Notes under the pieces: model-generated
Databases searched by the model: none
The model's input: the letters and a program-made list of their open reading frames with translations, nothing else
Told to the model about the DNA's origin: nothing
Shown: positions 9,366 through 18,697 of the stretch, piece after piece
Numbering within the stretch: the stretch's first letter is position 1
Layout: each line of letters begins with the position of its first letter
Translations under genes and position numbers: made by a program
IMG/VR virus record: IMGVR_UViG_3300023257_000007
Span: 124,001 to 188,000 of that record
DNA: 64,000 nt
Direction: 5' to 3' (one strand)

Positions 9366-10610
9366 ATGGCTAAAAGTACAGGAAAATTTGACTTTTCCAA
9401 ATTAACAAGCGTAGTTGAAGATATTTCAAAAAAGACCGCTATTATGATTGAAAAAGATAATAAACAAACATCTTTTATTGATACTGGTATTTATACTTTC
9501 AATGCACTACTTTCTAAAAATATTCGAACTGGCGGTATTTCAAAGAATAGAATTACCGTATTAGCTGGACCCCCACAATGTGGTAAATCTTATTTATGTT
9601 ATAATATTGCTAGAAATGCTCAAAAAGAAGGATATAATATTATTTATATTGATACTGAATTTTCAATTGAAAAACATGAAATGGAAAAATTCGGTATAAA
9701 TATTAGCGAAGATAGATTAATGTTAATAAGATCAAATAAAGTAGAAGATCTTAAAATAATGTTAACGCAACTTCTAGATAATCTTAAAACACAAAAACAA
9801 GATGGTGTTGATATAGGAAAAACAATCATATTCCTAGATTCAATTGGTCAATTAGCATCCAATAAAGAAGTAGAAGATGCTTTAGGCGGTAAAATTAAAG
9901 TTGATATGTCTAGAGCAAAAGCTATCAAATCTCTCCTTAGAATTATTAATAGTGATCTTGGATATTTAGATATTCCATTAGTAGCTACTAACCATGTTTA
10001 TATGACACAAGATTTATATCCAGTTGCTGTAATGGGCGGTGGTGAAGGAATCACATATACTGCATCTACTGTAGTTTATATGAGTATAGCTAAACTTAAA
10101 ACAGGTGAAGAAAATAAAGATTATAAAATGTATGTGTCTGATATTGGGCAATCTGGTGTTATAGTAACTGCAAAATCTAGAAAGAATAGATTAGCAAAAC
10201 CAATGAAAATTAAATTCGAAATTAATCATAACGAAGGAACAAATCCTTATAGAGGACTTGAAGTATTTTGTACTCCAGAAAACTTTGATAAAGTTGGTAT
10301 TGCAAAAGTTAAAAAAGTAGAATCAGGTCGAGGTAAAGCTAAGACAATAGAATATCAAGCTGGTGGTACTAAATATTACGTTAAACATTTAGATCAAAGT
10401 TTTTATGAAAAATCATTATTTAATGGTAAAATTTTCACTGATGAAGTAATTACTGCTCTTGAACCAATCGTTCAAACATACTTTGAATATTCATCATATG
10501 ATGAACAACAGAAAATCATGGATAATTTGGACTCTGAACACGCAAAATTTGAATCAGATACTGATTTTGATATTGATGGTGATAATGATGGGCAACTTTT
10601 TGATAAATAA
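9366..10610 (+). CDS. uvsX: RecA/UvsX-family recombinase
   Basis: Walker A GPPQCGKS, YIDTE, Walker B IIFLDSIG, 'MSRAKAIKSLLR', TNHVY, MGGGEG. Confidence 0.92.
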   Translation: MAKSTGKFDFSKLTSVVEDISKKTAIMIEKDNKQTSFIDTGIYTFNALLSKNIRTGGISKNRITVLAGPPQCGKSYLCYNIARNAQKEGYNIIYIDTEFSIEKHEMEKFGINISEDRLMLIRSNKVEDLKIMLTQLLDNLKTQKQDGVDIGKTIIFLDSIGQLASNKEVEDALGGKIKVDMSRAKAIKSLLRIINSDLGYLDIPLVATNHVYMTQDLYPVAVMGGGEGITYTASTVVYMSIAKLKTGEENKDYKMYVSDIGQSGVIVTAKSRKNRLAKPMKIKFEINHNEGTNPYRGLEVFCTPENFDKVGIAKVKKVESGRGKAKTIEYQAGGTKYYVKHLDQSFYEKSLFNGKIFTDEVITALEPIVQTYFEYSSYDEQQKIMDNLDSEHAKFESDTDFDIDGDNDGQLFDK

Positions 10611-10642
10611 AAAATAGATAAATTACAAAATAAATTTTTTAA

Positions 10643-11980
10643 ATGAGTAAAGAAACCCTAAACACAGGAATGGAAAAAGTATTCTTCCATTATATATTAG
10701 AAAACCCTAACCAGTTTTCTAATGTAGAACCGTATTTTTTCAGAAATGAAAATATACAATTTATCTACACTATTCTCAGAGATAACTATCTAAATAGTAA
10801 AAAGAAAATTGTACCAACACCACAACAAATCTTTGCAATGACAAAATTGCACGATCCCAATGGTAAGATATCCGACAATTTAATTAAAATGTTACTTAAA
10901 GGAGATAATAGTCAATATGAAAATGATTGGTTAGACCCTAGATTTAAAGCCTGGAAAATTTCTAATCTTGTTAAAAATAATGTTATGAAATCAATTGACT
11001 TTGTCAGAGGAATTGATGATGTAAACTATGATAATGTTGTCGAAGTTGCATCAAAAATTAATCAAATGTTTAACGAAGTTCAACTTATTGATACAGACGA
11101 AGATGATCTCGGAGATGATTTCGATGATCCAGAATCACATAAACAAGATTTTAATAAACATAAAATATCTACAGGTTGGAATTGTTTAGACAATATGATG
11201 AATGGTGGATGGGATTATGCATCACTTATTGTTCTATTAGGTGAAACCAATGTTGGTAAATCTATGTGGCTAAATAATATAGCAGTTAATATAGCAAACC
11301 AAGGTAAAAATGTTGTTTTTGTAACTTTAGAAATGGCTTCACATAAATGTATGAAGAGAATGGGATCAATGAGATTAAAAATTCCAGTTGATAGTTATGA
11401 TGAAAAATCAAAAGATTCAATCTTCATGAAAAATAAAATAAATCAACTTAAATCGAGTAACGGTGGTGTTTTTAATTCAACATCAGGCAAAATATATGTT
11501 AAAAAATTCCCAACAGGTGCTTGTACAGTTACAGATTTAGACAATTATATAACAAAATTAGAACAAGTAAAAAAAATTAAAATTGATGCAGTTTTAGTTG
11601 ATTATATTAATATTATGGGAATTGAAAAAGGTCTCGACTTCGCTAATATGCTTTTCCTTAAAGGTAAACATTTAGCTGAAGGTTTAAGATATCTTGCTGA
11701 CAAACATAACGTAGCATTAATTACAGCAACACAAACTAATAAATCAGTATGGGGCGCTTCGGATATTTCTCTTAGAGATATTCCAGAATCAAAAGCAGTA
11801 GCAGAAACTGCTGATGCAGTGTGGGCAATCATTAGAAACAGTGAAATGAAAAGACAAAATAAATATAGACTCAAAGTTTTAAAACTTAGAGATGGTGAAT
11901 ATAAAGATGAACAAATAAGATATGATTTTAACACTACTTTTCTTTCTATGGAAAATGATGAATTTGTCGGTACTACCTAA
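10643..11980 (+). CDS. gp41: Replicative DnaB-like helicase (T4 gp41-like)
   Basis: STGW..LD, Walker A GETNVGKS, FVTLEM, LVDYIN, TATQTN, ESKAVAETAD, KLRDG. Confidence 0.92.
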   Translation: MSKETLNTGMEKVFFHYILENPNQFSNVEPYFFRNENIQFIYTILRDNYLNSKKKIVPTPQQIFAMTKLHDPNGKISDNLIKMLLKGDNSQYENDWLDPRFKAWKISNLVKNNVMKSIDFVRGIDDVNYDNVVEVASKINQMFNEVQLIDTDEDDLGDDFDDPESHKQDFNKHKISTGWNCLDNMMNGGWDYASLIVLLGETNVGKSMWLNNIAVNIANQGKNVVFVTLEMASHKCMKRMGSMRLKIPVDSYDEKSKDSIFMKNKINQLKSSNGGVFNSTSGKIYVKKFPTGACTVTDLDNYITKLEQVKKIKIDAVLVDYINIMGIEKGLDFANMLFLKGKHLAEGLRYLADKHNVALITATQTNKSVWGASDISLRDIPESKAVAETADAVWAIIRNSEMKRQNKYRLKVLKLRDGEYKDEQIRYDFNTTFLSMENDEFVGTT

Positions 11981-12007
11981 AAATTTAGGTTAAAATATCA
12001 CAAATAT

Positions 12008-12694
12008 ATGGCTAAAAAGAAATCTGAAATTAATAATTTAGATGATATTTTTGATGGATTTGAGAAAGAAATAATAAATACAGAATCAGATGCAGAATCA
12101 GAATCAGAACTAGATACAGAATCAGAATCAGAATCAGATATAGAACTAGATGATGAATTTGTAAAAGAGGAAGAAGATGATTTTGAAATTAGATTTAAAT
12201 CCATTCAAAATAAACATAAATCTGAAGGTAAACACAGTCTTAATAGAGACACAATATTTAACGGTAAATTAGAAGAAAAAGTTGAAGATGAACAATATTT
12301 AACCGATGTGGATTACTATGATGTAAATCCAGCAAAAATTGAACAAGGTACTCAATTTGAATTTGAATCAAAATTCAATGAAGATTATATTAACCTTAAA
12401 GAACTAGAAAAAGATGTCTATGATCTACTATCAGAAAATACAAAACTAGATTTTACTGCTAATAGAAGAAAACCAAATAGACAAACCTTTAATTCGTACT
12501 ACCAAATGTTACTTAACGAACTTAAATATAAATATACTAAAAGTGAAATTTTTGTAACATTATCGTTTTACTTTACCGATAATATATTTAACATGTTTAA
12601 ACTTTTAGATAAAAAACATGCAACAATAATTATCATTGAATTAAAAAACAAAGGATACCTCGAAGATATTATAGGGGACTTTGATTTTCAATAA
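12008..12694 (+). CDS. Acidic hypothetical protein; C-terminus possibly like the gp33 late-transcription coactivator
   Basis: 228 aa with ESESE repeats (gaatca tandem); C-terminal KLLDKKHATIIIIELKNKGYL aligns by eye to gp33 'KLISK......I..EA..LNFL'. Confidence 0.3.
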   Translation: MAKKKSEINNLDDIFDGFEKEIINTESDAESESELDTESESESDIELDDEFVKEEEDDFEIRFKSIQNKHKSEGKHSLNRDTIFNGKLEEKVEDEQYLTDVDYYDVNPAKIEQGTQFEFESKFNEDYINLKELEKDVYDLLSENTKLDFTANRRKPNRQTFNSYYQMLLNELKYKYTKSEIFVTLSFYFTDNIFNMFKLLDKKHATIIIIELKNKGYLEDIIGDFDFQ

Positions 12695-12710
12695 AAAATT
12701 AAACTAATAT

Positions 12711-15236
12711 ATGAATTTTTATGACAGAAACACAGTCTATGAATCTACATTAAAATATTTTAAAGGTGATCAACTCTCAGCTAATGTATGGATTAATAAA
12801 TACGCACTCAAAGACTCAAATGGAAATATATATGAACTTACACCAGATGATATGCATAAAAGATTATCTAAAGAATTACATAGAATAGAATCCAAATATA
12901 TAAACCCAATATCAGAAGAAGAAATATATGATCTTATCAAAGATTTTAAATATATAGTTCCACAAGGTGGTTCAATGTCAGGGATAGGAAATAATTTACA
13001 AACTGTTTCACTTAGCAATTGTTTCGTTGTTGGAAATGAAGCAGATTCATATGGTGGAATATTTATGGCGGATCAAGAACAAGCACAACTTATGAAAAGA
13101 AGAGGAGGAGTTGGTCACGATATGTCTCACATTAGACCAAAAGGTTTTCCTGTTAAAAATTCAGCATTATCATCAACAGGTATAGTTCCATTTATGGAAA
13201 GATATTCAAATACAACAAGAGAAGTTGCACAAGATGGTAGAAGAGGTGCTCTTATGTTATCATGTTCAATAAAACATCCAGATATTGAAGAATTTATAGA
13301 TGCTAAAATGGAACAAGGTAAAGTTACAGGTGCAAACGTATCTGTTAAAATTACCGACGACTTTATGAAAGCCGCTTTAGAAGATAGTGTATTTTTTCAA
13401 CAATATCCAATTGTTAGTGATAATCCAGTTATCGCAAAAGAAGTAAATGCTAAAAACATTTGGGATAAAATTGTGCATAATGCTTGGAAAAGTGCTGAAC
13501 CTGGTATAATGTTTTGGGATACTATGATTAATGAATCTATTCCAGATTGCTACTCAGATTTAGGCTATAAAACAGTATCAACAAATCCATGTGGTGAGAT
13601 CCCTTTATGTCCGTATGATTCTTGTAGATTACTAGCTATTAATCTTTATTCTTATGTTAAAGATCCTTTCACCAAAAATGCTAAATTTAACTATGAATTA
13701 TTTGGCGAACATGTAATAATCGCACAAAGATTTATGGATGATATTATCGATCTAGAAATAGAAAAAATTGATAGTATACTTAAAAAAATTAAAAGTGATC
13801 CAGAAAATCAATTAATCAAACAAGTAGAAATAGATCTTTGGAAAAAGATACAACATAAAGCTAAAGAAGGTAGAAGAACAGGATTAGGCGTAACAGCCGA
13901 AGGTGATATGTTAGCAGCTCTCAATATTAAATATGGTACTAAAAAAGGAACCGAATTTTCAGCAAAAATACACAAATTATTAGCTATCGAAGCATATACA
14001 TCATCTTGTATCATGGCTGAAGAAAGAGGCGCTTTTGAGATATATGATTTTGATAGAGAAAAGAACAATCCTCTTATTAAAAGATTATTTGAAGCAAAAC
14101 CAGAACTTGAAGAACTACACAAAAAACATGGTAGAAGAAATATTGCATTATTAACTATTGCACCAACTGGAACAGTATCTCTAATGACACAAACAACATC
14201 AGGAATTGAACCGGTATTTCAGTTATATTATAAAAGAAATAGAAAAGTAAATCCTAATGACAAAGATTCTAGAGTTGATTTTGTAGATGAAATAGGTGAT
14301 GCATGGGAATCATATAATGTATTTCATCCAAAATTCTTCAAATGGCTTAAAATTAATGATTACAATATTGAAAAAGTTAAGTTGATGTCAAATAATGATA
14401 TTGCTGTAGTAATTGAAAAAACACCTTGGGCTGGTGCAACATCAGCCGATGTAGATTGGCTTGAAAAAGTTAAAATGCAAGGAGAAATTCAAAAATGGGT
14501 TGATCATTCTATTAGTGTAACAGTTAATTTACCTAAAGAAGTAACAGAAGAAATGGTTTCTAAAGTATATGAAGAAGCATGGAAATCTGGTTGTAAAGGT
14601 ATAACAGTTTATAGAGAAGGTTCTAGGAGTGGTGTATTAGTTTCAACAAATGATGATGAAAAGAAAACACTTGAACAAATTATTAAAGAAAACAATGCTC
14701 CTCGAAGACCAAAAAATATGGAATGTGATATTCTTAGATTCCAAAACAAAGGCGAAAAATGGATCGGTTTTGTAGGTTTATTAGAAGGACAACCTTATGA
14801 AATATTTACTGGTATTATTGATTCTTTCAATATTCCAACATATGTAGAAAAAGGTGTGGTTAGAAAAATGAGAGATGAAAATGGTAAATCTAGATATGAT
14901 TTTGTATATGAAGATAAAGATGGATATGAAGTTATTATGACTGGTTTAAGTAGAGCCTTCAATAGAGAATATTGGAATACAGGTAAATTCATCTCTGCTA
15001 TTTTAAGACACGGTATGCCATTACCAAATGTAATTGCTTTAATGGACTCAATTAGTTTAGATGGTGATTATATAGGAACTTGGAAATCAGGTGTTAAGAG
15101 AATGCTTAAAAAATACATTAAAGATAATACAACAATATCAGCAGTTTGTCCAGAATGTGGACAAGATACATTAGTATTTAATAGTGGTTGTGTACAATGC
15201 ACAAACCCAGAATGTGTTTATTCAAAATGTGAATAA
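12711..15236 (+). CDS. nrdJ: Class II (adenosylcobalamin-dependent) ribonucleotide reductase, Bacteroidota type
   Basis: SNCFV, TNPCGEIPL, IAPTGT, GCKGITVYREGSR and a C-terminal CPECG...CVQC zinc ribbon; N-terminus 'KYFKGD.L.A.VWINKYALKD' resembles Bacteroidales NrdJ. Confidence 0.9.
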   Translation: MNFYDRNTVYESTLKYFKGDQLSANVWINKYALKDSNGNIYELTPDDMHKRLSKELHRIESKYINPISEEEIYDLIKDFKYIVPQGGSMSGIGNNLQTVSLSNCFVVGNEADSYGGIFMADQEQAQLMKRRGGVGHDMSHIRPKGFPVKNSALSSTGIVPFMERYSNTTREVAQDGRRGALMLSCSIKHPDIEEFIDAKMEQGKVTGANVSVKITDDFMKAALEDSVFFQQYPIVSDNPVIAKEVNAKNIWDKIVHNAWKSAEPGIMFWDTMINESIPDCYSDLGYKTVSTNPCGEIPLCPYDSCRLLAINLYSYVKDPFTKNAKFNYELFGEHVIIAQRFMDDIIDLEIEKIDSILKKIKSDPENQLIKQVEIDLWKKIQHKAKEGRRTGLGVTAEGDMLAALNIKYGTKKGTEFSAKIHKLLAIEAYTSSCIMAEERGAFEIYDFDREKNNPLIKRLFEAKPELEELHKKHGRRNIALLTIAPTGTVSLMTQTTSGIEPVFQLYYKRNRKVNPNDKDSRVDFVDEIGDAWESYNVFHPKFFKWLKINDYNIEKVKLMSNNDIAVVIEKTPWAGATSADVDWLEKVKMQGEIQKWVDHSISVTVNLPKEVTEEMVSKVYEEAWKSGCKGITVYREGSRSGVLVSTNDDEKKTLEQIIKENNAPRRPKNMECDILRFQNKGEKWIGFVGLLEGQPYEIFTGIIDSFNIPTYVEKGVVRKMRDENGKSRYDFVYEDKDGYEVIMTGLSRAFNREYWNTGKFISAILRHGMPLPNVIALMDSISLDGDYIGTWKSGVKRMLKKYIKDNTTISAVCPECGQDTLVFNSGCVQCTNPECVYSKCE

Positions 15237-15237
15237 T

Positions 15238-15540
15238 ATGTGGAAACCTAGAATAAAAAAGACAAAAGATGATCTCTACACAGAAATAAATCAAATTCTA
15301 ATAAAATCTGGTTTATCTGATGGAGAAAACTTCTATGGTTTAAATCACACAGAAGTTGTTACTATAGTTTACGAATATTGTAAGATATTAGAATTTAAAT
15401 TATATTTCAAATCTTTTAAAACTTTAGGAGTACCTCTAAGACAATTATATACTTGTTGTGAAAAACTTAGTATGTTAGAAAAAAAAGAAATACTGGAATT
15501 TCGAAAAACAATACCTACAAAGAAAAAAGATGACAAATAA
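15238..15540 (+). CDS. Hypothetical protein
   Basis: ATG 1 nt after the nrdJ stop (MWKPRIKK...); the ORF-track start at 15184 overlaps nrdJ and is unlikely. Confidence 0.6.
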   Translation: MWKPRIKKTKDDLYTEINQILIKSGLSDGENFYGLNHTEVVTIVYEYCKILEFKLYFKSFKTLGVPLRQLYTCCEKLSMLEKKEILEFRKTIPTKKKDDK

Positions 15541-15553
15541 AGTCATCTTTTTT
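15523..15553 (+). terminator. Intrinsic terminator
   Basis: AAAAAAGATGAC-aaataaa-GTCATCTTTTTT. Confidence 0.75.
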
Positions 15554-15659
15554 GTAAAAATAAATCACATGAAAGTTAAATATAGATTTTATTAAATTAT
15601 TAAATAAAAAATCCCAAGCTGAATCAGATTTTATAAAATTTTCTGATAAATTTGATTTC

Positions 15660-15920
15660 ATGGACTATAAAATGTGTGTTGAAATTACTAAAATTATAGA
15701 ATCTATACATAATTATGATGATTTCGATGATGATTTCGATGGTGTGTCATGTTTTACAGATATTACAAATCTTGATATATTTTGGGATATTGGTGAATTA
15801 TCAAAAATAGTAACATTGACTATTCTTATTGGTAGTTCAGAAATATTTTTATATACTATAAATAATGATGAAATATTTATGAATGAAACTTGTTTCTATG
15901 TAATTCAACAATCTTATTAA
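15660..15920 (+). CDS. Hypothetical protein, possibly frameshifted from an ATG at 15569
   Basis: The reading frame stays open upstream to 15573 (KLNIDFIKLLNKK...) but has no in-frame ATG there. Confidence 0.45.
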   Translation: MDYKMCVEITKIIESIHNYDDFDDDFDGVSCFTDITNLDIFWDIGELSKIVTLTILIGSSEIFLYTINNDEIFMNETCFYVIQQSY

Positions 15921-16626
15921 ACTCATCTAATAGTTCTTCACTATTTTCAGAATTATCAATATATTCTTTTACCAATTCCTCTACATCAAAAGATTCATCA
16001 TTGATAGTTATTGGTTCAGTTATATCTTTAGGGTAAGTAATCTTCTTAAAATCAAACTTAGATAAAACAATATCAAGTTTAAGTTTATGTTCAATAGCAT
16101 TTTCCGTTAATTCTAATTCAATCCAATTATTCTTAACCCATTCTTTGTCAATGCCTTCTAACTCATCAACATTATCAATTTTGACTTTACCAAATCTCGG
16201 ACTAGTTGTATTTTCATAGAATTTGTGAGTTCCACTATCTTCATCAATAACTACAAAGCCAATTTTTTTATAATCTCTTTTCAATTGATATAATCCATCA
16301 ATTTCATAATTTGCATCTATTTTATCATAATACTCAATATTTGGATAATATTTGAAAATATAATTTTTCTTCGAATTTTCTACTTTTACAGGTAAAATAG
16401 TTGATATATTATCTAATATTATTGCAACATAATATAATATATCTATATTAATGTTTTGTCCATTAAATATGTTGCCAGTTATATGAAGTGTGTCTTCTTT
16501 ATTTGCATTTTTATGTAATAAAGGAATGAAAATATTATTAAAATAATCTTGCATCATTTTAAAAATATCAGAATCATTATTTTTCCATCCAAACAAGGGA
16601 TTAGATATAACAAAGTTTTTAGACAT
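15877..16626 (-). CDS. Degenerate Mre11/SbcD/gp47-like protein, predicted catalytically inactive
   Basis: N-terminus 'FVISNPLFG...DYFNNIFIP...LHITGNIF' follows gp47 but with DxH changed to NPL and GD to GN; no GNH motif; gp47-like C-terminus (FYENTTSPRF...KNNWIEL). Confidence 0.55.
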   Translation of the reverse strand: MSKNFVISNPLFGWKNNDSDIFKMMQDYFNNIFIPLLHKNANKEDTLHITGNIFNGQNINIDILYYVAIILDNISTILPVKVENSKKNYIFKYYPNIEYYDKIDANYEIDGLYQLKRDYKKIGFVVIDEDSGTHKFYENTTSPRFGKVKIDNVDELEGIDKEWVKNNWIELELTENAIEHKLKLDIVLSKFDFKKITYPKDITEPITINDESFDVEELVKEYIDNSENSEELLDEFNKIVELHRNKFHS

Positions 16627-16643
16627 GTCTTTTATATTAAAAA

Positions 16644-17111
16644 TTAACCAGAAAGTTTACTTTTACAAATATTACCTAATTGTCCTAATGCTTTATAATT
16701 AATATTTTCAAACATTTCCCAAGTGACTACTTCTACATCTTCAAATCTTTGTGTTTGTGGTCCTTGTAAATTATGAATTTGTTGTGGTTTAGGGTATGAT
16801 ATAACTTCATTTAAACTATTTTCACCAATAAACTGGTTTAATCCGTTTGGATCATTGGCAGGTTTTCTTTTTTTATTTTGTTGAATATAAGGATTGCTGT
16901 TTGTTTGTGGAACACCATTAACTTTAATCTCACAATCTATATTCCATCCATCATTAAGATTTTCATTGATTTGATATTGACTCAAATCTGGAGTCTCATT
17001 TAATGATTCCATATCATCATACTGTGGAGTTTCATTTAAAGGTTTTAATTCCTCTTCACTATTATTGTTTTCTTGTACTTGTTTAAATGCTTTTAAATAT
17101 TCCTCATTCAT
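16644..17111 (-). CDS. Hypothetical protein
   Basis: 155-aa ORF behind TTTTTATATATAG. Confidence 0.6.
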   Translation of the reverse strand: MNEEYLKAFKQVQENNNSEEELKPLNETPQYDDMESLNETPDLSQYQINENLNDGWNIDCEIKVNGVPQTNSNPYIQQNKKRKPANDPNGLNQFIGENSLNEVISYPKPQQIHNLQGPQTQRFEDVEVVTWEMFENINYKALGQLGNICKSKLSG

Positions 17112-17144
17112 GACAAAATTTGTTATTTTTTCTATATATAAAAA

Positions 17145-17165
17145 AAACCAGTTATAAACTGGTTT
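17145..17165 (-). terminator. Intrinsic terminator whose U-tract abuts the next promoter
   Basis: AAACCAGTT-ata-AACTGGTTT followed on the - strand by TTTTTATATATAG. Confidence 0.6.
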
Positions 17166-17763
17166 AATTCAATGTATCTGTAAACTTAACAGTGGAAAAC
17201 TTTTTATTAAGTTGATTCTTTATTTTGTTCTTAAATGTATCATCCCATTCACCATCATATTTCAAATCATTAACAACAGATTTTTTAAAATCATTAAATT
17301 GTCTTTGAATAACTTCATAAGGTACATTTGATCTAATTTCACCATTATCAATTTGACTTCTTATTCTATGATTAGATATTTCTACACCAGGTCTAAAAAC
17401 AATAGCTGTTTTCTTAACATCAAGAAACTGTTTAATAGAGCTATTTCTTGTTGTACTATTTGTATTAATAGCATCTAAAACAGCCACACCATATTCTTTT
17501 AATAATACTTTAATTCTAGCATATGCAACTTCCCATGCTTTTTTAGATCTCCACCAATCTCCACTGTTTCCAGCATTTATGTCACCGTATAATTCTAATC
17601 TAATATCATCTGGCGCAATTCGAATATCATCAATTGTTAAGCCGTTCTTATCTAATATTTTTTTAACTTCTGGAAAATCATTTAAAAATACATTATTAAA
17701 ATAAGTTGATTTTCCGGAACCTGAAATTCCAATTGGAAAATATAGAATTGGTTTATTTGCCAT
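17164..17763 (-). CDS. P-loop kinase (AAA_33 / polynucleotide-kinase-like)
   Basis: GISGSGKS, 'APDDIRLEL', 'VLDAINTN...R', 'RIRSQ...VPYEVIQRQF'; no phosphatase domain. Confidence 0.75.
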   Translation of the reverse strand: MANKPILYFPIGISGSGKSTYFNNVFLNDFPEVKKILDKNGLTIDDIRIAPDDIRLELYGDINAGNSGDWWRSKKAWEVAYARIKVLLKEYGVAVLDAINTNSTTRNSSIKQFLDVKKTAIVFRPGVEISNHRIRSQIDNGEIRSNVPYEVIQRQFNDFKKSVVNDLKYDGEWDDTFKNKIKNQLNKKFSTVKFTDTLN

Positions 17764-17822
17764 ATTATTACGTTTTTTGATTTAACTTTAATTTATATAT
17801 AAAACAAATATAATAAATTTAT

Positions 17823-18683
17823 ATGAAAGAACCTGATGAAATTGAAAATTTTTTTACTTTTGAAAATGAAGATGAAGATGAAGAAAATAAAAAAGAAGCA
17901 AAAGAAGTTAAAAAAAGAATTGAAGAAGATCATATTAAAGAAGTAAAATCTAATATCTCTGAACTTGAAGATAATATTCAAAATATACTTGATGAAATAG
18001 AAGAACCCGTCGAAAACCTTTTTCCTACCAATGATTTATTACCAGATCTCGATATGGAAATTGATATTCATGATTATGAAAAAGATATTCAAATGGTTAA
18101 AATTGCAGCAAGTGAAACAATTACTTGTTTAGCTAATCTTTATCTTGATGGAGAAACAATGAAAAATAAAAATATTAATAGTATTATTAAAGACGACGCT
18201 AATAAATTATCAGAACTTAATTTTAATGTAACTCAAACTAAAAGAGCATTAATAATGTGTATGAGACAATTAGATTTAGGTATAAATGATCCTGAAATGT
18301 TTCAATCTGTTACTATGTTTCAAAAAGAAATGAGGGAAACAATCAAAATGGCGTATGGATTACAAATTCAAATGAAAGACTTCTATAAAGGACTTAAAAG
18401 TGAATTAGATGAACTTAATAAAGGTGACGATTTAGAAGATGAATTAGGTGTAAGTGAAATGAATATTATAGGTGACCCTAAAGAACTTAATAATATACTT
18501 GAAGCAATGCAAAATGATAGAACACTTTTAACTTATAATGAAGAAAGAAAAGAAAGAGAAGAAAGAGAAAGGCTAGAAGATGAAGAGTTCGAAGAAAATA
18601 GAAAAAGAAGATTAAAAGAAAAAGAATCTGAAGAAAAAGAAACTAAAAAAGAAAATATACCTAAAGAAGAAAATCCTGATTAA
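17823..18683 (+). CDS. Acidic coiled-coil protein, possibly terminase small subunit (gp16-like)
   Basis: Central 'GINDPEMFQSVTMFQKEMRETIK' resembles gp16 'HPRAFEV..QL.K......K'; late-type promoter upstream. Confidence 0.35.
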   Translation: MKEPDEIENFFTFENEDEDEENKKEAKEVKKRIEEDHIKEVKSNISELEDNIQNILDEIEEPVENLFPTNDLLPDLDMEIDIHDYEKDIQMVKIAASETITCLANLYLDGETMKNKNINSIIKDDANKLSELNFNVTQTKRALIMCMRQLDLGINDPEMFQSVTMFQKEMRETIKMAYGLQIQMKDFYKGLKSELDELNKGDDLEDELGVSEMNIIGDPKELNNILEAMQNDRTLLTYNEERKEREERERLEDEEFEENRKRRLKEKESEEKETKKENIPKEENPD

Positions 18684-18697
18684 AATCAGGATTTTCT
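18668..18697. terminator. Bidirectional terminator between convergent genes
   Basis: AGAAAATCCTGAT-taaa-ATCAGGATTTTCT overlaps both stop codons. Confidence 0.75.

Noticed and set aside
12085-12140. gaatca tandem repeats as a regulatory or contingency locus
   Set aside because: They are in-frame and simply encode the acidic ESESE linker.
9366-15236. Inteins or introns in uvsX, the helicase or nrdJ
   Set aside because: Lengths are ordinary, motifs are contiguous, and there is no C/S...HN splice signature or LAGLIDADG block.
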